The translations under genes were made by a program, and so were the position numbers. Below the pieces are notes generated by a model. The model did not search any database, had not been told where the DNA came from, and saw nothing but the letters and a program-made list of their open reading frames with translations. Positions 11,867-21,910 of a DNA stretch of 64,000 bases are shown in pieces; positions within the stretch are counted from its first letter, which is position 1; the number at the start of each line of letters is the position of its first letter. This DNA is from Peribolospora baueri. Taxonomy: Eukaryota. Where the stretch lies: positions 1 to 64,000 of the forward strand of contig JAMDHS010000032.1 of the NCBI GenBank assembly GCA_029717555.1, given 5' to 3'.

Positions 11867-12461
11867 AGAACTCCGGCAGCGACGAAAATACACCGCTCGT
11901 CATTTGGGGACCTTTGGGCTAGATGAGAAGACGCATAGCGATGGGGAGACGGCAGTTCGAGATTGAGGCAGATTTTCCGTACGGCAGGCCCGATTTTGCA
12001 AGCAGGGCGCCACCACGCTGGACAGTGTCAGCCATGTCAAGCAGGAGAAGAGGCGGGTAAACAAGCGAGTATAGTGACCAGCATCTGTACGTCTTTGTGT
12101 CTCAGTCCGAATGGAGTCTCGACAGGAGCCAGACGTCTAAACAGAACTGGCGTCGTGCAAGTGCGCCTGGCCAGCGCCCGCCGTTACTTCACAACAATTC
12201 TGCAGGTCATTGATTGGTGCTGCCAGGCAACCCCAATTGTAAACTGTGCGTCCAGAATCAACCACAAAGATCCCTAGAAGCGCCGCGCTGGCGAATATTT
12301 TCTTGCGGTGAGGCGGGAGAAGGCATGGGTAGCTAGACATACAAGGCGATAAGAAGGTTGACCATGGCGAAGCGGGCGGGAGTGGGACAGGAAAAAGAGA
12401 GCCAACGGTACCACCCGAGCGCTGGCCGTCTTGAAACGAGAGGCTAGGATCGGCCCTTCGT

Positions 12462-13363
12462 TTACTTCTTCTTCGCCTCGCCGGCCTTGGCCTTCTTCGT
12501 GCCACGGACCTAACGGATGAAGAAACAGGAACAAACAAAGACGACAAATCCGCCGGGGGGGGGGGGGGCGAGAGACGAGTAAGGAAAGCAGATCGCGACG
12601 AGAAAAAGAAAGAGAGTGAGAGTATGGAAACGTAACGCACCTTCTTGGCCCTGTTCTTCCTCTCCTTCCGCAACTTGCGAGAAGCCTTCTCCACCTTCTG
12701 CGCAAGACCGATCTGGAAGGACGAAAACGCGGGTCGCATGTCAGTTCGCATCGTTTGTGCGCCAGCCAAACTCCCGACTGCTGCCAGCGTCACGAGCGTA
12801 GACGAGGAGCTGAATCGTGCCACCACGAGGTTAAGGAGACACCCACCTGGACGAGCCTGTGCCTCGGCTCGAACTTCATGGACTCCCTAGAGTCGTAGAT
12901 GAGAGCGAAGCCAGTGGAGCGTCCACCACCGAAGTGAGTGCGCATGCCAAAAACGACGGTCTGCTCCTTGGGAGCCTTGTACATCTCCGCGAGCTTCTCG
13001 CGCAGCTCATCCTTGGAGACGTTGGCGCGCGTCGGGTGGATGACGTCGAGGACCATCTGTCTGCGCTGCAGGAGGCGGTTGGTGATGAACTTGCGCGTGC
13101 GCAGGGTGACGGGCGAAGTGGGGTCCTGTAAACAGTTCGTCGTTGCGCATGGGGAGCAACGAAAATACGATGAGTGTCCAGCTCCAGTGCAACTCGCATC
13201 GAGACAGCCACTTGACATCCCGATGTGCTTGGGCGGCCATCCCTCTCTCCACCAGCTCGCCTCCACCTGACTGCCCTAGCCCCTCATGTCCACACCAACG
13301 AGCAACCTTCGTCCTCCGTCACATCCAGGAAATCTGATCACTGTCCACCATGCTGCTCACCAT
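12462..13363 (-). CDS. RPS24: 40S ribosomal protein S24 (eS24), 4 exons; the first appears to be ATG only
   Basis: ATG|gtgagc..tacag|[31 protein letters not shown]...[46 protein letters not shown]. Confidence 0.96.
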
Positions 13364-13477
13364 CTTGATGACTTGGCGTTGACGGCGGTCGACGGTGCGG
13401 AGTGGGCCCTAATGCTAATGCTCCATCTTGGCCAACATTCGCTCCTCAGGTCGCCGCAGCATTGGACCCCGTCGACA

Positions 13478-13565
13478 TAACCCTAAGAGAATTCGACTGT
13501 ATAGCTCGGATGAATGATGTAGCCGATACCCTCTTCGTCTACGTGTGGCGGTACAGTTAGGGTTA
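13478..13565. promoter_or_regulatory. Two inverted telomere-repeat boxes (TAACCCTAA and TTAGGGTTA) in the RPS24 divergent promoter; candidate Tbf1-type sites
   Basis: Exact 9-mers at 13478-13486 and 13557-13565, with a further CCCTAA at 13407. Confidence 0.6.
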
Positions 13566-13700
13566 ACACGTCACGTCCACGCGGAGCTGGGTCCGTTAGG
13601 ACGGCGAATGTCGTCGACCGATGGTCATCTGGAACGCATCCTCTCCGATAGAGTACCAGACGACCGGCAATCGATCCTCATATTTCACTCACTGGCATTC

Positions 13701-14614
13701 ATGGCAGCCAACTTTGCACCCTACCAGCCGCCGCCGCCAGGCTCGCCCGTGTCGGTCGCTTTGGGGGGTGGAGGAGGGACCGGAGGAAGCAGCAAGCGAT
13801 ACTTCGCTCCGCCCTCTTCCTCGTCGTCCCACGGCTATGAAGGCGGATATCAGTCCGGCAGCACCACGCTTTTCGACGCAGACGCTCCCGTCGCAGGTGA
13901 CCCTGGCGCGGAAGGGCTTTCTGGCGCGAGCGGCTCTAGCTCGGGCGGGCCCAGCTGGGGCTTGGACAGGGGAGGGCCGCCGGGTACGGGCAGGGGTCTG
14001 GGAGGAGCGCCCAACCCGAGCAGTTACGCGACCACCCACGGGTATTCTCTGAGTATCTTGTGCGCTACGCCGTACCTCGTCCCTCCATTGACGAGCTTTG
14101 CGCTGCTACTTTTTGAGGTGGAGAACGTGAGTTTGGAAAGGGCAGATCTTATCGTCGTTGAGGACGGGTGTGCCACTGGGAGAAGCGACCGTACTGTTCC
14201 AAGTGTTGCTGACGGCCGTATGTCTCATTATTTTACCCCCCTTCCTTTGCTCATGACTCTTCGCGAATCAGGACCTGGCCCGCTTCCACGCATACCAGTC
14301 CGCACTGATCGGCATCTGTCTCTTCCTCGCCGAGCTCGTCCTCTTCTTCCTCTTCGGCTGGCGGACGCTCGGCTGGATCGTTGCCGTCCTTGGTTTCGTA
14401 TATAGCTGGTATTGCGGGTGAGCACCAGACGGCGGGAAGAACGACCTCGCTGTCCGCCGGTTCGAGTCCTTTTGGTCGCGCTGACTCTCTTGTTCTCTAC
14501 GGCATCGCACTCCTGAACAGCCTACAAGCCCATAGGACGTCACCGACGCTTGCCCGCGTCCCTTATCTCCCGACGTTTGGCGAGCTAGCGGACCGATGGG
14601 TATCTGAAGAATGA
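13701..14614 (+). CDS. Small membrane protein, Tic20/DUF4870-like, 3 exons
   Basis: Hydrophobic segments YLVPPLTSFALLLFEVEN|DLARFHAYQSALIGICLFL... and C-terminal PYLPTFGELADRW. Introns about 14128-14270 and 14418-14520. Confidence 0.75.
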
Positions 14615-14996
14615 GGCCGTCGCGGAAACGGCGTTCTTGGCCTAGATGGTCGTTCGTATTCGGCGATGGAGTTGGCATGAACCTGTCGCTTGATTCAGGC
14701 TTTGACCACGTCCATGATCTAAAAGTCTTATGATTCTTTCGATCTCTTTTCTTATATACCATTCGCGCCACTTCATTCCATCGAATCCCTGTATTATTAG
14801 TGCTTGATGCGCCTGTTTTCGGTCACCTCTCGTTCGCGACCGTCTAGCTAAACGACAATATCGTCCAATGGACGAGTGCCCAGGAAGAAGAGAAAGGGAA
14901 AGTGGACGTTCGTCACCGGGCTGGCTGAGACCACCGAGGGCGGCGATTTTGAAGTTCATCCATCCCGCGCTGACGAAATGCCATGGCCGCGCGAGG

Positions 14997-15700
14997 TCAG
15001 TGAGGCTTGTAAAATGGCGATCCATTCTGCGTCAGGAAAAAAACGGATGCGATCTCACCTGCCACAGCCGCCCTGTCCATCTGCGCACTGCTGCCACGAT
15101 GAGCAGACCGACACTGACGAGGATGTAGAGGGTGATGATGGTCCTGTCCTTGGGACTGTCCGGTTCTGGAGGGAGATAGATGGTTTGCGTCGACCCGCAG
15201 CTTCCTCAGCCCATGGCGATCGAAGAGACGTCGCTCTGAGAAGACGTCTCGGCTCACCGTAACACCTGGCCAGCACGTCCCCCTCATACCCAGTGCCGGT
15301 ATCCTGATCGACAGGCCCCAGCCTGGCGTCCTTACAGATGTCGAGCTTCTGATCCAAGCAAAATTGCTTGGTGCAAGTGAGACACGGCTTGCTGGGGTCG
15401 GTGGGGCGGAAGAGGGGTATGAGGGTGGAGTTGGAGAAGCAGATGCATTTACAGAGATGGAGGTCTGAAGAGGAGGCTAAGGGGCTCGATCTGGCCGCAA
15501 GGGCGGGTTGCAGGCACTGACGACGGAAGAAATGTTCCAAACGGTCCCAAAGAGCAGACGGAGCTCATGTCAGAGCGGAGGAGTTCGTCTGGAGCCAGCT
15601 GCGAGCCCAGACGAATACGCACGACGAGGATCAAGCAGATGGCCATGAGCAGCGCGCCGGCGAGCTGCCGGGCGACGATGTCTGACCGCGCGCGGGCCAT
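14997..15700 (-). CDS. Uncharacterised small Cys-rich single-pass membrane protein, about 4 exons
   Basis: N-terminal hydrophobic segment, CKCICFSNSTLIPL...CLTCTKQFCLDQKLDIC...RCY, then DSPKDRTIITLYILVSVGLLIVAAVR. Canonical splice sites. Confidence 0.75.
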
Positions 15701-16002
15701 CCTTGGTGGAGCGAGCGCACGGTCGCAGGTCGCAGGGGCAAGCAAGTCGGTCGGGTCGATGTTGGGACGAGGCGAGGTGACGGTGTGAGAGGGGCGAATG
15801 TACGAGCGCTTCGTTTTGTTTTTGCCGGCGGTTGGGGTGGTCCGAGCCCAAGGGAGGGATGGAAGCAAGTGAGAGCGGCGGACTCGACTCGGCGTGGCTG
15901 CTCGCGCCAGAGCGTGGGAGAGGTTGATGAGAGGAACGCCGAGCGGTCAGCGACGTCAAGCTAGACGTCCACCGCATCGCATCGGCCAATTCTTCTTCTT
16001 CT

Positions 16003-16040
<38 letters not shown>

Positions 16041-16292
16041 TTCATCTCGCTCTTTCGTCAGCGCCCCTTCGCTCCCACACCTCGCCCCGCCGCCCTCTCG
16101 CCCCTGTCACCGATCATCACGTCGCCCGCAGTCCAGCTCGTCGCCTTCCATCACCCAAACCGCGTCCACGCGCCAGCAGCAGCCCTTTATCAAGCGACGA
16201 ACGTCGCGACGCAGCGATAGATAGCACAGGACGAGTGCCCGAGGAAGGAAGGAAGGAAGGAAAGAAGGAAGACGAAGAAGGAGGCACCCGCC

Positions 16293-18318
16293 ATGCCGCA
16301 AAGCGAGTTCGAGGACGTCCTCACCAACCAGCCCGTCGTCATTGACAATGTGAGCCCCTCCCCTCCCTGTCCGTCCCTGGCCGCGAGAGAAGGAGGCCTT
16401 TGCGCAAAGCTCGCCGCGATTTGTCGGCCCCAGCGTGAGCTCATTGAAGAAACTTTTTTTGCAGGGATCCGGCACGATAAAGGCAGGCTTCGCCGGCCAG
16501 GACACGCCGAAATGCTTCTTCCCTTCCTTGTGAGTGACCCCCTTGACATGCTCGCGCGCCACGCCTGGGAGACCGTCATCCGACTTCGTGTCTGTTCCGC
16601 GTCCTTCGCTGCGCTGTTCGCAATGTCGCCCCCTCCTCCAGTGTCGGACGCCCGAAACACGTCCGAGTGATGGCCGGCTCGATCGAGGGGGACATGTTCA
16701 TCGGCAAGCGGGCACAGGAGCTGCGCGGTCTGCTGAAAATCAAGTACCCCGTCGAGCATGGTATCGTCACGGACTGGGACGATATGGAGAGGATATGGAG
16801 CCACGTCTACACGGAGGAGCTCAAGATTTTGAGCGAGGAGGTGAGTCCAGCGAGCGTCCGTCCCGGCCGTGTCGGACGGCGTGGAGCATCGTTGCAAACG
16901 ATTTTTAAAGCGCCGCTGCGTCTCTTCCGCCTCCTTCAGCACCCCGTTCTCTTGACCGAGGCTCCGCTCAACCCGCGACAAAACCGAGAGCAGGCTGCCC
17001 AGATCTTTTTCGAGACGTTCAACGTACCCGCGCTCTTCACCAGTATTCAGGCCGTCCTTGCTCTGTGAGTGGTTCCTTTCTAGCCAACGCCCAACGACCT
17101 GTCTCTCTCGGGAGATCTGCCTCGCCCCGGCATGCAAGTCTTCATCGCGCCCGTCTCACACGTACACCTCGGCCCATCCCCCGTAGCTACTCCTCCGGTC
17201 GAACAACCGGCATCGTCCTGGACTCTGGCGATGGCGTGACACATGCGGTGCCAGTCTACGAAGGTTTTACGATGCCACATGCCATCCGACGGATCGACAT
17301 CGCCGGGCGGGACGTAACTGAGAACCTGCAAGTCCAGCTGCGCAAGGCAGGTTACCATTTGCACACGACTAGCGAGAAGGAGGTGGTGCGCATGATCAAG
17401 GAAAAGCACTGCTACATCGCCCTCAATACCAATAAGGAGGAGAAGGAGGCACAGGGAAGATCCGAAATGTTCAAGTTGCCCGATGGAAACAGCGTCAAGG
17501 TGAGCAGGTCGTTCAGAAGGAGCTCAATGCTATTTTCAGTTCTCCCAACTCGTCCAACTTTTATTAAACCGCTTCGATCGCTTCCCCGTTGTGCGGGCGC
17601 GATAGCTCGGCCCCGAACGTTTCCGAGCGCCGGAAATCCTTTTCAACCCGGAACTCATTGGTCAGGAATATCCTGGCATCCATCAAGTCGTAGTCGACAG
17701 CATCAACCGTGCCGATTTGGATCTTCGGAAGGCGCTCTTCAGCAACGTGCTTCTTAGCGGCGGCACAACGCTCACTAGAGGTGCGTCGGATGGTTCCGAC
17801 TGGCTTAGCTTGCAAGCAGCACTCCAGACGCTGGCAATCTAATGACTCATCACACGCTGTCCTCCGCTTGGCAGGTTTTGGTGACCGTCTCCTGTACGAG
17901 GTCAAGAGACTTGCGTTGAAGGACATCAAGATCAAAATCTACGCCCCTCCAGAGCGAAAGTACGCGACCTGGCTCGGCGGCAGCATTCTCGCCGGGTTGA
18001 GCACGTTCAAGAAGGTGCGTGCGAAGGGCCCGATGTGGCTCGCTTGTCGCCCGTTCCTCTTAGCTCTCTCCCGCTGACGATGATGTGTGGGATGTTGGTT
18101 CTCGACGCGTGATTCATGTGGCGTGGTACCCAGATGTGGGTGTCAGCAGAGGAATACCAGGAAGACCCGGACGTCATCTTCCGCAAGGTGAGCGGGCGTG
18201 TCGACTAGACGTACACCCCCCTCTTTCCCCACTTTCTCCTCTTCGCCGTCTCTCCTAGACTTGAGCTTAAACGATATGTTTGTTTTTATTCGTATTGTTC
18301 CTCTTGCAGGCTTTCTAG
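16293..18318 (+). CDS. ARP1: Actin-related protein 1 (centractin, dynactin filament), multi-exon
   Basis: [92 protein letters not shown]. Confidence 0.95.
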
Positions 18319-18667
18319 CTTTGTCCGCCTTGCTCTCTCTTCCGTCCGCTCGCGAGGTTTTACCGTAATCCACCTCCGTAGGCTACCGTCCGCCTCCCAT
18401 GTTCGCATCTTGATTACTCGCAGCAGCATACCTTTTTTTTTGCCCATCGCATCCGCCTCGCTCGCGTGTAGAAGAGGTCGTTGTCAACCGGGCTGGAATG
18501 TCTAAAGTGGTATACCCACCCTTGAGTTGGGTATCGCCGTCGAGCAAACCTTTTTTCAAGGTTGCGAGAAGGGGACGAGAGGTGGCGATGGCTAATGAGG
18601 AAGGGGTATACGTTCAAACCGACTGACCATTTTCGCGCGAGAAATACATCCTCCCGCCGGCGAAGGC

Positions 18668-20338
18668 TCAACCCATGTCCACGTCCCCAGCCTCGTCTTC
18701 CTCTTCCTCGCCTTCCTCGTCCACCCACTCGTCCTCTTCCCCATCTCCACCGACTTCGTTATCCGGCTCTGGATTCTTGATTCCCGCCGCGTCGAGAGAG
18801 GAGACGAGCTCTGCGACGTGTTCGAGGAGAGCGGGATCTTCGTGCTCGGTGATCTGGTAGAGCTATTCGTGTAGATAGATGGAGCCGAGAAGAAAGGTGC
18901 GAGCGATCAGCATCGTACACGCCTTCTCCTTGAGATTCGATGGATGGCGACTGGGAGTAAAAAGGGGCCGGAACCGGTGCTAGAGTTCCACTTCCGCTCA
19001 CCTGTTGGCAGGTTTCTAAGCACTCCCTCGCATCGCCCCATAGCTCCTCCTTCGTCGGCGCCACCTCCTTCTCTTCCGCCTTTTGTTTTCCCTTGCCCTC
19101 TTCAAGGCTCTCAGCGGCGTCGGCGCCGACCTTCTTCGCCTCCTCCTCGCCCATCAGCCAGTAGCACCACCCGAGAAGGTACCACAGGTCTACGTCCTGA
19201 TCGTCTTCTTGCTGGATCCCGTTCAACACGTCGAGTGCTGAATTCAGCTGGCCCGTTTCGAGGAGAAGCCGGCAGAAGGTCAGGCGAGCGGGTATCGGCG
19301 GGATGGCGACGTTGCCTAAGGGTGTTAGGAGGGAACAGGGCCACGGCAGATCAGAAGACGGTCGCCAGGCGGGAGAGAAGCGTAAAAAGCACTCACCAGG
19401 CTCGAGGTCTTTCCACAAAGACCACGCCTGCTGCAGCACCTCCCGAGCATCCTCATTTCTCTCCTGGCTGAGCCGCACCGATGCGAGTGTCTGGTAAACC
19501 TCTGGGTCCGACGCGTCGATCGACAGGGCGAGATTGAGGTATTCTTCGCACCGCTGCTCCGCTTCGGGCTCAAAACTGCCAAAGTAATCGTCCAGGAGAT
19601 GAAAAAGGATAAGCGAAAGAGTCGTTCTGATCCGGCCCGGGAAAAGAGACGACCGTCGTGCCAATTTTTCTCACCAGAGGTCCGTCAAATAGAGCTCAGT
19701 CATGCCCACCAATGCGGTGCTGATCTTCCTCCGCAGCTCCTTCCCTTCCTCGTCCCTCTTCTCTTGTGCGCCACTCTCGCTCTCGGAGCCACTGCCGACG
19801 GCCGATCCCACCCCCGCACCTACAGCGCCGTTTTCGGAAGATAACCGGTCCAGTCGGGCCTTGAGAAGGTCGACTGCGCTCTTGAAGAATCGCAATGCAT
19901 CTTCGGGTTCGGAGAGCTGTGCAAGGTAAAGATATGCTGCCGCAGAGGCCTCTTGACCTGGAGGAGGTTGAGTTGCTTGAGTGAGATGCTGCATGGGGGA
20001 GAAAAGGAGAAACGGCGCGGAACCGCGTCAGTGCCCCGCGACTTTCCAAGACTATAGGCGGGGAGAAAGGGAACACTCACATTAATGGCCCCTTCCACCT
20101 CTCCCAACTCAAGCTCTGCCGTCCCAAGCAGCTCCAAAGCGGACGCGTTCCCAGGCCTCGCTTCCAGAACCCGTAGGCAGAACGCCTTGGCAGCCTCAAA
20201 GTCACATGCGGCCAGGTGCTCGTGCACACGCTCCAGCAACTGCTCGGGCGAAAGCGTTGTGGCCAATGGAGGCTTCTTCAAGCCGTTGGACGAGGACAAC
20301 CTTGTCCCTTGCTTGGCTTTTGTGCGAGTGCGTACCAT
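18668..20338 (-). CDS. ACL4: TPR protein, assembly chaperone of Rpl4 (Acl4)-like, multi-exon
   Basis: Basic N-terminus, TPRs, YLYLAQLS, MTELYLTDL|FEPEAEQRCE, EVYQTLASVRLSQ, DDQDVDLWYLLGW and an acidic tail. Confidence 0.88.
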
Positions 20339-20465
20339 GGCGTGAAGATGCCTTGGAGGCAGACCAGACTGGGAACGTTGGAAGGCTCGATAGTTGTGAA
20401 TCACTTCGAAGATTGTGAAAGGCTGCGGCGTCCGCCGTGCTGCGGCGCAGCCTCAGATTTTGAAA

Positions 20466-20686
20466 CGCAACGCGCGCGCGTGGGTTGGTCGCATAGTGGA
20501 ACGACGATGTGGTCAAGGTTAGCAGCAGTTGAAGCACTGACGCAGGGAGCAGGTGGCCCTTCGGGATAGTGGCATTACGTAGGGTGTGGGCGGAGGACGC
20601 GCAACGCACGCAGCGTGGGGGTAGCCGCACAGTGGACGACTGTGTGGTCAAGGGAGCACCAGTTAAAGCACTGACGCAGGGAACAG
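20466..20686. repeat. Diverged direct repeat, 2 copies of about 87 bp, period about 134 bp
   Basis: 20466-20552 versus 20600-20686, with an identical 17-bp core AAGCACTGACGCAGGGA. Confidence 0.8.
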
Positions 20687-21110
20687 CGGGACTTCTCCGT
20701 TTCCTAAGGACCCTAAACTGAATAAACCAATCAATCAATCAATCGATCAATCAGGCGTTGAAGCTCGTCTCACCTTGATGGCCCTGTGAACACCGTAGAA
20801 GACAACCTTCTCCACAGGCGCAAAAAGGCTTGCGATGTCTTTAGACATGTTTTTTCTGCCGTCAGTCGAACTGGGACGATCATTGCCGCAACGCGCTATC
20901 CGCCTTTGACCGGTTGCGGAGCTGTTCGGTGATTCCATATCGTACCGTATCAATGACTCGCTCTGCCCAGCTCACATTGGGGCCCGGTTAAGTCTCGGCT
21001 TTCTGCAGCTTTCTGTCTAACGCAGGTCGTTATGGCTTTCCCAACTTCCACACCAAGTACCTCTTCGCCTCTCATTTCAAATTTTGCACAAAAATTCATT
21101 CCTCGCAGCC

Positions 21111-21494
21111 ATGAATCTCTCGGCAACCTTGATCATCCTGGTCGCTCTGGCAATTAGGACCAGCGCTTTTCCACTCGTCGCTCGTGGTGACGATGGCGTG
21201 GCTGGCCCCTTCGGCTCCGGTAACGCCCAGGCCAACCTCTCCGGCAACGCCAACCACAAGCTCGACGAGACCGGCAACGCCGTGGCCGTGCAGGGCGCCG
21301 TAGGCGGCTGGGGTGGAGACTCGCCCGACTCGTCGGACACCAACGAGGCTCACGGACACAGCCGTGGAGGAGGAGGTATTGGAGGCGGTAATGGCATCGC
21401 AATTGGAGACAACGGAGGCGACGGTGGTAATGGCGGCGCTGCGGGGAAGAACGCCAATTTGGGCGGTCCGCGTCGCCTCTACGGCTTCTGGTGA
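21111..21494 (+). CDS. Small secreted Gly/Asn-rich protein, 127 aa, intronless
   Basis: Signal peptide MNLSATLIILVALAIRTSA-FP, coding-like codon usage, Gly-rich body, ends GPRRLYGFW*. Confidence 0.75.
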   Translation: MNLSATLIILVALAIRTSAFPLVARGDDGVAGPFGSGNAQANLSGNANHKLDETGNAVAVQGAVGGWGGDSPDSSDTNEAHGHSRGGGGIGGGNGIAIGDNGGDGGNGGAAGKNANLGGPRRLYGFW

Positions 21495-21910
21495 AGAACG
21501 AGACGGTCGACGACGAGACGAGGGGCCAGGGCGACCGACAGCGGCAGCGTGGGCTGCTCCGACTAGCCACACGCTATCAAAGTGTTCTCATCCCGTCACC
21601 AAGACGCCCGCCCGTCCTTCTGCAGCTTCACTCGCCTCTGAGTCTTCCCCCCGCAATCCCTTTTCCTCCTAGCGTTTCTGTGGGATTACTCGTCCCCAGT
21701 CAATCTCAGACACCTATGTAGGAAGGGGCGAAGATGGATTGAATTCAATGTTACAAACCCGGTTTGAAAGCGGGAAACAAAGGGGTGATCGACGGCACGT
21801 GACATTTTCGCGCGACGTGCACCGGCCAAGGCAGTGATTGACAGGCAGTGATTGATTACCTGCAGTCCGACCACCTTGGCGAGCCCGTTGTGTCTGGTAG
21901 GTCGCTCTCC

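Noticed and set aside
13478..13486. TAACCCTAA as a telomerase RNA template
   Set aside because: It occurs in both orientations in a short ribosomal-protein promoter with little room for a long RNA; a transcription-factor site is more parsimonious.
14459..14470. GGTTCGAGTCC, a B-box/T-loop-like motif
   Set aside because: Intronic, and no cloverleaf can be formed.
16841..16939. Several in-frame, stop-free introns (ARP1, HAD hydrolase, ACL4, PRM10, P450, TUL1, HIS6)
   Set aside because: The number is roughly what short GC-rich introns give by chance; no evidence of retention.
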